DNA of 64,000 nt from Candidatus Sulfomarinibacteraceae bacterium (GCA_963741385.1 CAVUHO010000010.1:1639720-1703719), one strand, 5' to 3'. Counted from the stretch's first letter, positions 18,900 through 31,321 are shown. The notes: generated by a model from the letters alone, not told the origin. Made by a program: numbers and translations.

Positions 18900-20027
18900 A
18901 TGCTGGACGGCCTCGAAGATAAAGAACCGGTGGCGGCCGCCGAACAGCTTGCCGATGACCTGGCGGCCCTCGAGGCGCGTTACCTCTACACGGTCTCGCG
19001 CGAAGACGATCTGGCCGCCGTCGACGCCCACCGCGCCTACGACCGCTATGGGCCGTATCTGGTGCCCCGGATCAAGGGCACCTTCGCCCTCCACCAACTG
19101 CGGCTCCTCCTCGGCAACGAGGTCTTCTTCGAGGTCATGTCGACGACCCACGACCGTTTCCGAGGCAAGCAGATGACGTCGGAAGATTTCATCGAGGTGG
19201 CGGAGGAGGTGTCCGGCAAGGTGCTGGCTCCCTTCGTCCGCCAGTGGCTCGATCGCACCGGTCTGCCACGGCCCTCGCCCTCGATTGAGGTCGAAAAGGT
19301 CAAGCGCGGCGGGTGGGACCTCGAGCTGACCGTAGGCCAGAAGGGCCCGCCCTACCGCTTCGTGACCCACCTCGAGGTCGAGGTCGCTGGCGAGCGTCTG
19401 CTGCGCCAGGTGACGGTGGACGGCGAGAACCCGATCCGGCTTCACTTCGACGGGCGCCCGACCCGGGTGGTCTTCGACGCCCTCCACGACATCCCCGTCG
19501 AGCACCCGAGCTTCTACGCGTGGAACAACTTCATCGACGAGTTCCACGACACCCTGATCGTCTACGGCACCGCGCGCCAGGACGAGGCAAACCACACCAT
19601 GGCCCGGCGCTGGCAGGAGATGGTGGCCGACACCTATATCGAGATCCTGCCGCCGCTGGTCAAGGACGCCGAGATCGACAACGACCAGATCGCCTCGAGC
19701 GACCTCATGGTGATGGGCACTCTGTCAGACAACTCCTTCTTCGGCCGCATGCCGGAGGACGTGCCAGTGACCTTCGGCCGCGATCACTTCAGCTGGAAGG
19801 GTTCAGCCTACGGCGCCTCAGACGACGGGCTTTTCCTGGTCGTGCCCAACCCCTGGAACCCGGCCAAGACCATGTACGTGATGGCCGCCAACTCGGGGAT
19901 GCAGCTCTTTCACATGACCCGGACCTACCACCGTGACATCCCGCAGTGGGCGCTCTTCAAGGGAGGAGAGATCGTCGACAAGGGCTGCTTCGACCGCCCG
20001 GGGTTCGTGATCGAGTTGGCGGAGTAG
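18900..20027 (+). CDS. M1-aminopeptidase-like C-terminal module without HEXXH; probably continuous with the preceding ORF via a frameshift
   Basis: KGTFALHQLRLLLGNEVFFEVM...SEDFIEVAEEVSGKVLAPFVRQWLDRTGLP matches the post-catalytic segment of M1 peptidases. The same frame is open and protein-like from ~18744 (VVAKPEASDAELELGDLASGFEISKKDLW...) with no start codon before 18900. Confidence 0.55.
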   Translation: MLDGLEDKEPVAAAEQLADDLAALEARYLYTVSREDDLAAVDAHRAYDRYGPYLVPRIKGTFALHQLRLLLGNEVFFEVMSTTHDRFRGKQMTSEDFIEVAEEVSGKVLAPFVRQWLDRTGLPRPSPSIEVEKVKRGGWDLELTVGQKGPPYRFVTHLEVEVAGERLLRQVTVDGENPIRLHFDGRPTRVVFDALHDIPVEHPSFYAWNNFIDEFHDTLIVYGTARQDEANHTMARRWQEMVADTYIEILPPLVKDAEIDNDQIASSDLMVMGTLSDNSFFGRMPEDVPVTFGRDHFSWKGSAYGASDDGLFLVVPNPWNPAKTMYVMAANSGMQLFHMTRTYHRDIPQWALFKGGEIVDKGCFDRPGFVIELAE

Positions 20028-20088
20028 TAGCGACCCGTCTCCGCTTGTCACGGCGTAGCCCGCAGGGCGAAGCCGGGTACCCGATACG

Positions 20089-20184
20089 CGCCCACCCACC
20101 CGGCAGCCGGGACGGCTGCCCCACAAACGCGCCGGGTTCGGCTGCCTTGTGGGGCACGCGTCCCGCGTGCCAGGTGGGTGGGTG
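20089..20184. repeat. Palindromic element with CGCCCACCCACCC / GGTGGGTGGGTG arms
   Basis: The outer arms are 20089-20103 and 20170-20184. Inner pairs are GGCAGCCGGGACGGCTGCC and CCCCACAA...TTGTGGGG. It lies between convergent gene ends. Confidence 0.7.
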
Positions 20185-20197
20185 AAACGCTCGAACG

Positions 20198-21089
20198 TTA
20201 CAGCGGCTGACTCAGCTCCGCCACCACCGCCCGCAGGTGGGCGTTGAACTGCTTCCGGCGCCTCCATCATCAGGAAGTGGCCGGGGCCGTCGATGATGAC
20301 GGCGTCGAAGTCCTCGTGGTACACGCGGTTGCCCTCGACGTCGGTCGGGAATTGGCTGGCGTTGATGCAGCGCACCGGGACGTCGACGGCCTCGAGCGCC
20401 GCCCTCAGGTCGTAATCGAGGAACTGCCGAAACTGGGCGACGCTCGTCTCTGCGGGGCCCTCGCACATCGATGATTCGACGCGGTCCACGAGCTCGGGGT
20501 CAGCGGTCTCAGGGAACATGGAGGTCACAAAGCGGGTGCAGGTCCCGCCGAAATCCTGGTTCCATGCGGCAAGAAAGACGGCTTTTCGATCAGGGTCGAA
20601 CTCGAAGTTGGCGTTGTGCAGGGCGTCAACGGCGACCACGCCGATCACCCGGTCGGGCATCAGCCGCGCCGCCTCGAGGGCCACCGGGCCGCCCATCGAG
20701 TGGCCGACCAGGACCACCTGGTCGAGATCGAGGTGCTCGACCACTGCCTGGACATCGGTGCCGAATGCGGGCAGCGTCCAAATATCCCTGTTCATTCCCG
20801 ACTGGCCGTGACCCGCCAGGTCGATGGTGACAACGACGGAAGACTCACTGAAAGGCTCCATCTGAGCGTCCCAGAAGGTCTGATCGCACATCCACCCGTG
20901 GATGAACACCAGAGCGGGCGAGCCACTGCCGCGGATGGTGTAGGCGATCGAGACCCCGTCGGGCGCGATGACCGTGCCCTGGACGGGAGGTGCCGGCATC
21001 GGTTCGTCGATCACCGGGTCTGATGGTTGCGGCGCACCGCCGCACGCGAGAGCGAAGGTGATCAGGCCGACCCAAACCGCGTTCTTCAT
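20198..21089 (-). CDS. Alpha/beta hydrolase lipoprotein with apparent 1-nt frameshift near the 3' end (~20250)
   Basis: ATG at 21089 after GGGAGG. Lipobox FALAC, HGWMCD, nucleophile GHSMGG, and GHFLMMEAPE. After ~20250 the shifted frame reads QFNAHLRAVVAELSQPL-stop (TAA 20198-20200), the expected family C-terminus. The in-frame reading instead runs through repeats to 19818. Confidence 0.65.
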
Positions 21090-21115
21090 GTGGACCTCCC
21101 GGGAGGGATAGTTTA

Positions 21116-21435
21116 TTCGATTTCGGATTTCGGATTTCGGATTTCGGATTTTCCGCCCATCCCCCCACCGACGGTGAGCACTCGAGTGCTCAGGGTGGGT
21201 GGGACCGCGTGCGGCGGAGGTGCCACTTTCAACATTGTCTGGCTCCCGCACTCGCACGCCGGGAGCGCCTCTCGGTCAGACAATGTTGAGGGTGGCTCCT
21301 CTCGGGAAGAACACTGGGATACGTGCCGCGTGCGGCGGAGGTGCCTCACCTCACGGGAATGCCCATAGGAAGGTCATTCTGTAACGGAGGCCGCCAGCAT
21401 GAGAATTCAAAATTCAAAATTGAGAATTAAGAATT
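21116..21435. repeat. Complete mosaic element bounded by inverted 7-bp arrays
   Basis: Left array (TCGGATT)x5 at 21116-21152, then the core CCGCCCATCCCCCCACCGACGGTGAGCACTCGAGTGCTCAGGGTGGGTGGGACCGCGTGCGGCGGAGGTGCC. A TTTCAACATTGTCTG...CAGACAATGTTGAGG hairpin and a second CGCGTGCGGCGGAGGTGCC follow. The right array GAGAATT CAAAATT CAAAATT GAGAATT AAGAATT is at 21401-21435. Confidence 0.85.
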
Positions 21436-23670
21436 GCCGCTCGGTCCCGGTTGCGCGAGCAACCGCGCGATCGGCCGGACGTCCATCCACCACTGGTGTT
21501 TGGGGCGCTGATTCTCCGAGTCGACCTGGCGTCGCAGTGCCTCCAAATCGGAGAACTCGACCTTGCCGTCGGCGATGCCGATGGCGAGGGCGGCGTCGGT
21601 GCCGGCCTCGACCTCGTCGATCAGACGCTCGACGCACCGTTTGGCGAGCCGGGTGGCGAGAATGCGGTCGAACGGCGTCGGGTTGCCGCCCTGCTGCTGG
21701 TGGCCGAGGATCGCCTGCCGCACCTCGAAGAGGTTCTTTCCCTCCTCCTCGAAGAGCGACACCATGAACTGGGTGCTGTAGCAGGGGTTGGCGTTTTCGT
21801 TGCGGATCATCAGGCCGAGGCGCTTGCCGCTCTGAAACCCCGCGATCAGGGTCTCGACGTCGGACTGCAGATCGGCGATCGTGACCCCCTCTTCGTGGAG
21901 GTAGACCCGTTCGGCGCCGCTCGCGAGACCGCCCATTAACGCCAGGTACCCGCAATAGCGGCCCATGACCTCGACCACGAAGCAGCGTCGCGACGCCACC
22001 GCCGACTGTTTGATCCTGTCCACCGCCCGCACGATCACGTTGAGGGCGGTGTCGGCGCCGACCGACAGCTCGGAGCCCGGCAGGTTGTTGTTGATGGTGG
22101 CGGGCAGACAGATGATGGGGATGTTGAAGGCCGGAAAGGCCTCGCGTTTGAGGGTCAGCCGGAGACACGAGTCGTAGCCCGACCAGCCGCCGATCATCAG
22201 GATGCCGTCGATCTTGAGATTCTCGATGGTGCGGGCGATGGCGTAGAAGTCCTTGCCGCGCGGGATCACGCGGTTGACGCCGAGCTCGCATCCGCCGGCG
22301 GTGGTCCAGCCGCGGACGCTCATCCACCCCAGTTCTTCCACCTTGCCGTCGATGAGACCGCGGAACCCCCCGTGGACGCCGAGCATGACGTGGCCCTCGT
22401 CGAGACCGATGCGCACCGCGGCGCGGGTGGCGGTGTTCATGCCCGGGGCCGGTCCGCCGGAGGACAGCACCGCCAACCGGAGGCGCCGCTGATCCGGGCG
22501 CGGCGGGTTGGGCAGCGACCGCAGCAGGGTCTGCAGGGTGTCGAGGTTGTCGGAGAACCCGCCGCCGCGCAGCCGCAGGGCCTCGTTGAATTCGCGGCTG
22601 TCGATGGCGGCGGCAACCTGCCGGGTGGCGTCGACGCACTCGCGCAATGGGTGCCGGGTCACGCGGTTGTGGCGAACGCCGACCAGTTGCGGCGGAGGGT
22701 CGGCAGAAGCCCCCAGCACCTCGTTGACCGCGGCGTGACCGAGCAGGGTCGCCATCATGCGGTCGTACGCGGTGGGTTGGCCGCCGCGTTGGACGTGGCC
22801 GAGAATGGTCACCCGGACGTCTTCCTCCATGTGAATCTCGAGAACCTCCTTCACCTCTTCCGCGGTGATGAGGTGTCCTTCGCTATCGACCGCGCCCTCG
22901 GCGAGGATGACGATGCTGTCACGGCGCCCCGCCTCGCGTCCGGCCCGCAAGCGGCGGGGAAGGATTTGCTGCCATGTTTCACCGGCGGGTGGAGCCTCGG
23001 GAATCAGCACGGCGTCGGCGCCGGTTGCGAGACCGCTCATCAGGGCGAGATAACCGCAGTGGCGGCCCATGACCTCGACCACGAACGTCCGCTGGTGGCT
23101 GGCGGCGGTGGCTCCGATCGCGTCCACCGCCTCGGTGATCCGGTGCAGGGCGGTGTCTGCGCCGATCGACATGTCGGTGCCGGCCATGTCATTGTCGATC
23201 GAGGCAGCGAGACCTGCGAGCGACAGCCTGGGGTGACGGTCGGCGGCCTCGCGAGTCACCCGTCCCTGGTTCACCAGCTCCTCGAGGAGCTCGGACCACT
23301 CGCGGTGGAGGAGGTCGGCGGCAATGAGACTGCCGTCACCGCCGATGACGATGAGGTGGTTGATGCCGTTTTCGACGAGGTTGTGGACAGCATTGAGCCG
23401 GCCGTCGCGGGTCCGGAACTCGTCGGAGCGTGCGGTGCCGATGACCGTGCCCCCTTTGTGCATGATGCCGCCGACGGAGTCCCAGGTCATGGGTTCGAAG
23501 AAACGACCGCCCTCAACCAGGCCGCGGAACCCTTCTTTGATGGCAACCGGCTCGACGCCGGCCTCGAGCGCGGTTCGCACCGCGGCGCGGATGGCCGCGT
23601 TCATGCCCGGCGCGTCGCCGCCGCTGGTGAGGATGCCGAGCCGTTGATTCCTGCGCTGTTCGTCGTTCAT
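21427..23670 (-). CDS. pfk: ATP-dependent 6-phosphofructokinase, tandem two-domain ('eukaryotic-type') form
   Basis: N-half: LGILTSGGDAPGMNAAIRA, IGGDGS, SIDNDM, MGRHCGYLA. C-half: LAVLSSGGPAPGMNTATRA, IGGWSGY, LPATINNNLPGSELSVGADTAL, MGRYCGYLA. ATG at 23670 follows GAGGAA, and the stop TAA lies inside the 7-bp array. Confidence 0.85.
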   Translation of the reverse strand: MNDEQRRNQRLGILTSGGDAPGMNAAIRAAVRTALEAGVEPVAIKEGFRGLVEGGRFFEPMTWDSVGGIMHKGGTVIGTARSDEFRTRDGRLNAVHNLVENGINHLIVIGGDGSLIAADLLHREWSELLEELVNQGRVTREAADRHPRLSLAGLAASIDNDMAGTDMSIGADTALHRITEAVDAIGATAASHQRTFVVEVMGRHCGYLALMSGLATGADAVLIPEAPPAGETWQQILPRRLRAGREAGRRDSIVILAEGAVDSEGHLITAEEVKEVLEIHMEEDVRVTILGHVQRGGQPTAYDRMMATLLGHAAVNEVLGASADPPPQLVGVRHNRVTRHPLRECVDATRQVAAAIDSREFNEALRLRGGGFSDNLDTLQTLLRSLPNPPRPDQRRLRLAVLSSGGPAPGMNTATRAAVRIGLDEGHVMLGVHGGFRGLIDGKVEELGWMSVRGWTTAGGCELGVNRVIPRGKDFYAIARTIENLKIDGILMIGGWSGYDSCLRLTLKREAFPAFNIPIICLPATINNNLPGSELSVGADTALNVIVRAVDRIKQSAVASRRCFVVEVMGRYCGYLALMGGLASGAERVYLHEEGVTIADLQSDVETLIAGFQSGKRLGLMIRNENANPCYSTQFMVSLFEEEGKNLFEVRQAILGHQQQGGNPTPFDRILATRLAKRCVERLIDEVEAGTDAALAIGIADGKVEFSDLEALRRQVDSENQRPKHQWWMDVRPIARLLAQPGPSGNS

Positions 23671-23740
23671 CTGTTTCCTCGCGTGGGCCGAACCCAAACG
23701 TGCATTCTAACCCATCGAACTCAGCGGGGTGTCGGCGGTT

Positions 23741-24493
23741 TCAGCTCAGGGCAGTGAAGGCCGCTCGTACTGCCGCCACCAGGATGATCACCGCAAACAG
23801 CCGCTTGAGGGCCGCAGACGAGAGCCGGGTCTCCGCCAGGTGGGCGCCGGCGAGACCGCCGACGAGGACGGCGACGGCCAGCGGACCGGCGATGTGAAGG
23901 TCGATACTGCCGCGGAGGCCGTGGGCGGCGAGCCCCGCGACCGACAGGGTGAAGACCGTTGCCGAGCTCATCGCCGCCACTTCCCGCGGCGCCGCCCACC
24001 CGAGCAGCAGCACCAGAGGACCGAGGAAGACCCCGCCGCCGATGCCGAGAAAGCCCGACGCCAGACCGATCAGAAGGCCGGACGGGACGGCCACCGCCAG
24101 CAACACCACCGGCGCGGGCGTGGAGGGCTCGTCGACCGATCCCGCCGACCGTAGCATGGCGACTGCGGCGGCCGTGAGGCCGACTGCCAGGACGCCGAGA
24201 AAGATCTGCCGCGGCGCCGTGATCAACCCGCCGGCAAAGGCCGCCGGAATCGCCGGCAGCAAAAAGGGCAGCAACAGGCGCGGTTGCAGACGACCGGCGA
24301 GACCGAACCGCAGCAGGGCGGCGCCGGTGACGACCACGTTGAGGAGCAGCGCGGTCGAGGGCATCGTCGCGGTGTCCATCCCGAACAGCGTCATCAGCGC
24401 CAGATAACCGGTGCCGCCGCCGAGCCCCACCGCCGCATAGGCCGCCGCCACCAGAGCGCACAGCGGAACCAGCAGCAGCATCGACGTCGTCAC
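23741..24493 (-). CDS. TauE/SafE (DUF81) family anion exporter
   Basis: About 8 TM helices with Gly-rich motifs (AAVGLGGGTGYLALM, GFLGIGGGVFLGP) typical of TauE/SafE. GTG start at 24493. Confidence 0.75.
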   Translation of the reverse strand: MTTSMLLLVPLCALVAAAYAAVGLGGGTGYLALMTLFGMDTATMPSTALLLNVVVTGAALLRFGLAGRLQPRLLLPFLLPAIPAAFAGGLITAPRQIFLGVLAVGLTAAAVAMLRSAGSVDEPSTPAPVVLLAVAVPSGLLIGLASGFLGIGGGVFLGPLVLLLGWAAPREVAAMSSATVFTLSVAGLAAHGLRGSIDLHIAGPLAVAVLVGGLAGAHLAETRLSSAALKRLFAVIILVAAVRAAFTALS

Positions 24494-24510
24494 CCGGCAA
24501 TTGTGTCATG

Positions 24511-24745
24511 GAGATTTCGGATTCGGATTTCGGATTTCGGATTCCAGGCACGCAGCCCGTCGGACGGGACGGATCCGCACCTCCGCCGCATCGCGGGCCG
24601 TATCAGCATGCGCTTCCCGAGAGAGCCAGGCTGAAGCCTGGCACCTCCACCGCACGCGGTCCCCCCGCCCTGAACACTCGAACGTTCAATATCGGTGGGA
24701 GGGTGGACGGGAATCCAAAATCCAAAATCCAAAATTCAGAATTCG
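24511..24745. repeat. Mosaic element bounded by inverted 7-bp arrays, filling the divergent intergenic region
   Basis: Left array GAGATTT CGGATT CGGATTT CGGATTT CGGATTC at 24511-24545. Internal GCGCTTCCCGAGAGAGCCAGGCTGAAGCCTGGCACCTCCACCGCACGCGG. Right array GGAATCC AAAATCC AAAATCC AAAATTC AGAATTC at 24710-24745. Confidence 0.85.
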
Positions 24746-24763
24746 TATCGTTATACTTCCGTA

Positions 24764-25537
24764 ATGACGACAACCGGCCTCAAGGCTCTTCTGCTCGATC
24801 TCGACGATACGTTGATCGACAATCCGGTGCGCACGTTCATCCCGGCGTACTTCGGGGCGCTCAAGGCGTTCGTGGCGGAGACCGTCGACCCCGACCTTTT
24901 TATTGCTGAGCTGCTGGCCGCCACCCGGGCCATGGATCGCGGCGATGGCACGGGGGCAACCAACGAAGAGGTCTTTGCCGCCGCCTTCTACCCGGCGCTC
25001 GACGTGCCGCGCGAGGTGCTTGAACCCCTGCTCGGGCGTTTCTACCGCGAGGCCTATCCCTCGTTGCAACCGATGATCGGGCCGCGACCGGCGGCGCCGA
25101 AGATCGTCGAGTGGGCTGAACGGCAGGGGCTGCAGGTGGTGATCGCCACCAACCCGCTGTTCCCGCGGACTGCCATCGAGCAGCGCATGGAGTGGGGCGG
25201 CGTCGGGGCCGACCGCTTCGACTACGACCTCGTGACAGCCTATGAGAACTGCCGCGCCACCAAGTCGCACGAGGCCTATTACCGGGACATCGTCGCCTTT
25301 CTCGGCAGACGTCCCGAAGAATGTCTGATGGTCGGCGACAACTGGGACTGGGACATTGCGTGCGCAGGAAGGGTTGGGATCAGGGGCTTCTGGATTGCTG
25401 TGGCCGACGCCCGTCCGGGGTCATCGGAGGTAGAGGTGGTGGGGCAGGGCTCGCTCGACGCATTTTTACAGGCGGCAGAAAACGGCGACCTCGAGGACGC
25501 GTTCGAAGGAACGCTGGCGGGGCGGGTCGCGCTGTGA
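24764..25537 (+). CDS. HAD-superfamily hydrolase
   Basis: Motif I LLLDLDDTL at the N-terminus and a late VGDNWDWDI (motif IV). The ATG at 24764 is preferred because the ORF-track start at 24695 lies inside the repeat. Confidence 0.7.
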   Translation: MTTTGLKALLLDLDDTLIDNPVRTFIPAYFGALKAFVAETVDPDLFIAELLAATRAMDRGDGTGATNEEVFAAAFYPALDVPREVLEPLLGRFYREAYPSLQPMIGPRPAAPKIVEWAERQGLQVVIATNPLFPRTAIEQRMEWGGVGADRFDYDLVTAYENCRATKSHEAYYRDIVAFLGRRPEECLMVGDNWDWDIACAGRVGIRGFWIAVADARPGSSEVEVVGQGSLDAFLQAAENGDLEDAFEGTLAGRVAL

Positions 25538-27699
25538 AGGCTGAAGATCTGCGCCGCCGCCTGGCCGACCACGTCGTGGTCATGGACGGTGCGATGGGGT
25601 CGGAGCTTCTGCAACGCCTGCCCGAAGGCGCGCGCATGGACCTGGCGGTTCACGAGCACCCGCAGGCGGTTCTCGATATCCACCTCGCCTACATCGAAGC
25701 CGGAGCGGAGCTCATCGAGACCTCCAGCTTCGGTTGTTCGCGACCCCGGCTGGAACGCGCCGGGGCGGGAGACCTCACCGAGAAGATCAATGCCGGATCC
25801 GTCAAACTGGCGCGTGAGGCCCGGGAGATCTCGGGTCGCGACATCTTGATCGGCGGCTCCATCGCGCCGCTTGCCGGCGTGTTGGATCTCGATGAGCCCG
25901 AGGGTCGGGCGATGATCCCTCTGGCTCATGCCGAGCAGGCATCGATTCTTGCCGGGCGCGGCGCTGACCTCTTGATCCTCGAGACCTTTTTCCGGATCGA
26001 CGAGCTGGCGATCGCGGTGGCAGCGGTGCGCAGCGTCACCGACCTGCCTCTGATCGGCATGATGACCTTCGCCCACGAACGTCCCCCCCACCCCTACAAG
26101 GAGCAGGCCGAGTACCTCGACGAGCTTGCCGAACTCGATCTCTTGGCGGTCGGTGTCAACTGCGCCCCGGGCCCCATGGGGACCCTCGAGATCCTGCGCC
26201 AGGTGACCCAGCTGCGGGTGCCGCTGGCGGCTGCGCCCAACGCCGGGACCCTGGTGCGCCGTGAAGGGCGGATCCTGATGCCGCCGGCCACCCCGGTGTA
26301 TCTGGCGCAGTTCGTCCGACAGGCGGTCGGTCTGGGAGCGGCGGTGGTCGGCGGGTGCTGCGGCACCGGGCCCGAGCACATCCGGGCGATCGCCAACGCG
26401 GTGCGCGATCTCACCCCCCAGCCCCGCACCACGACCGTGGTGGCGGTCGGGTCGAGCGTGCCGGCACCCGAGGCGGTGCGCCCGTCGTCGGCCCTCGCGG
26501 CCAAGCTCGAGAGGGGGCGGTTTGTCCGGCTGGTCCAGCTCGACCCGCCCAAGGGGACCAACGTCGATGCGCTCCTGGAGGCCGCCGCGGCAATTGCGGC
26601 CCACCCCGACGTCGACGGAGTCGACATCAACTCGAACCCGTTGGCGCGGCTGCGGATGGACCCGCTCTATCTCGGTCAGTTGATCCAGCAGAGGACTGGA
26701 CTCGAGGCGGTGCCCCACATCACGCCGCGCGACGCCAGCCTGATGGGTCTGCAGTCGCAGCTCCTCGGGGCGTGGCGCGGGGGCATCCGCAATGTGCTCG
26801 CCGTCACCGGCGACCCCTCACAGCTCGGCGACTACCCGGGGGTTCACGACGTCTACCACGTGGATATCTTCGAACTGGTGCGGTCCCTTTCGCGGCTCGC
26901 CGAAGGTTATGACTGCGCCGGCAACCGGATCGGAGATCCACCGGGCTTTCTCGTCGGAGTTGCCGTCAACCCGGCCGCCGACGACCCGCAGAAGGAGGCC
27001 GATCGCCTGCGCCGCAAGGTCGACAACGGCGCCCACTTCGCCATGAGCCAGGTCACCTTCGACTGGCAGGCGTGGGATCGTTTCACTGCGCTCTTCGGGG
27101 GCGAACTGCCGATCCCGACCCTGGCCTCCGTGTGGCCTCTGCGGTCGCTCAAAATGGCGCTCCGCCTCCACCACGAGGTGCCAGGCATTGTGGTGCCGGA
27201 GAATCTCCTGTCGGCCCTCGAGGCTGCCGGCGCGGACGCCGAGAGGGTCGGTTATGAGTGGGCCGTGCGGATGCTGCGCGAAGCGCCGGACCACGCCGCC
27301 GGGGTGTACCTCATCGCGCCGTTCAAACAACCGCAGGCGATCCTGCCGTTGATTGATGACGCAGGATCGAATTACGGAATTCGGAATTCGGAATTCGGAA
27401 TTCCCGCCCAACCCCCCACCGACAATGAGTACTCGAGTGCTCAGGGTGGGTGGGAGCGCGTGCGGCGGAGGTGCCTGGCTCCCGGCCCGTCCTACGGGCC
27501 GGCGTGCCTGGCTCCTCTCGGGAAGGGCGTGCGGAAACGAGCCGCGTGCGGCGGAGGTGCTTTTCGGAATCTCGGGCAATGCCCCTTCAGAGCCTCGGGA
27601 TGTCACCGTCGGAAGGACCTTCAGAAACGAGACTCCGACCGTCACGACCAATGTGAGGTGGCGTCTTCATCGCCTTATCGGTTACTCTTCGCCTCTTGA
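25534..27699 (+). CDS. Bifunctional homocysteine S-methyltransferase / methylenetetrahydrofolate reductase (YitJ-like) with a repeat-encoded C-terminal extension
   Basis: GTG at 25534 overlaps the HAD stop (GTGA). The HMT domain shows VVMDGAMGSELL and VGGCCGTGPEHI, and the MTHFR domain shows VPHITPRDASL and LAVTGDP. The family-like sequence ends near ...FKQPQAILPLIDDAG (~27360), but no in-frame stop occurs until 27699. Confidence 0.75.
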   Translation: MKAEDLRRRLADHVVVMDGAMGSELLQRLPEGARMDLAVHEHPQAVLDIHLAYIEAGAELIETSSFGCSRPRLERAGAGDLTEKINAGSVKLAREAREISGRDILIGGSIAPLAGVLDLDEPEGRAMIPLAHAEQASILAGRGADLLILETFFRIDELAIAVAAVRSVTDLPLIGMMTFAHERPPHPYKEQAEYLDELAELDLLAVGVNCAPGPMGTLEILRQVTQLRVPLAAAPNAGTLVRREGRILMPPATPVYLAQFVRQAVGLGAAVVGGCCGTGPEHIRAIANAVRDLTPQPRTTTVVAVGSSVPAPEAVRPSSALAAKLERGRFVRLVQLDPPKGTNVDALLEAAAAIAAHPDVDGVDINSNPLARLRMDPLYLGQLIQQRTGLEAVPHITPRDASLMGLQSQLLGAWRGGIRNVLAVTGDPSQLGDYPGVHDVYHVDIFELVRSLSRLAEGYDCAGNRIGDPPGFLVGVAVNPAADDPQKEADRLRRKVDNGAHFAMSQVTFDWQAWDRFTALFGGELPIPTLASVWPLRSLKMALRLHHEVPGIVVPENLLSALEAAGADAERVGYEWAVRMLREAPDHAAGVYLIAPFKQPQAILPLIDDAGSNYGIRNSEFGIPAQPPTDNEYSSAQGGWERVRRRCLAPGPSYGPACLAPLGKGVRKRAACGGGAFRNLGQCPFRASGCHRRKDLQKRDSDRHDQCEVASSSPYRLLFAS
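27368..27610. repeat. Mosaic repeat (7-bp array + palindromic core + 2x CGCGTGCGGCGGAGGTGC module)
   Basis: CGAATTA (CGGAATT)x4 at 27368-27402, then CCGCCCAACCCCCCACCGACAATGAGTACTCGAGTGCTCAGGGTGGGTGGGAGCGCGTGCGGCGGAGGTGCCTGGCTCC. GGCTCCTCTCGGGAAG and a second GCGTGCGGCGGAGGTGC follow. Confidence 0.85.
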
Positions 27700-27770
27700 T
27701 ATGGACGAATTGAAAGACCCAGCTTGGCGGAGGCCCCCTCATCGCGGCCGGCAGCGACCGCACGGAGGAG

Positions 27771-31279
<3,509 letters not shown>

Positions 31280-31283
<4 letters not shown>

Positions 31284-31321
31284 CGGGAGTCAGCAATTTC
31301 GGATTTCGGATTTCGGATTTC
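31280..31321 (+). terminator. Stop-overlapping hairpin plus 7-bp T-rich array after metH
   Basis: CTGAC-GGGA-GTCAG (31280-31293, includes the TGA stop), then CAATTTC GGATTTC GGATTTC GGATTTC (31294-31321). Confidence 0.45.

Noticed and set aside
19818-21257. 479-aa ORF suggesting a large hydrolase overlapping the convergent gene
   Set aside because: The N-terminal 56 codons read through the heptamer repeat (KIRNPKSEIRNR). The C-terminal ~140 codons are post-frameshift nonsense crossing the palindromic repeat and the end of 18900..20027. The real gene is 20198..21089.
21100-21440. Repeat-peptide proteins (NSEFGIRNSEF, KSEIRNPKSEI, FKIQNSKFKIQNS) seen in many ORFs across the window
   Set aside because: They come from translating 7-bp tandem arrays. 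The period is not a multiple of 3, the peptides appear in all frames and on both strands, and they always sit at ORF extremities outside homology regions.
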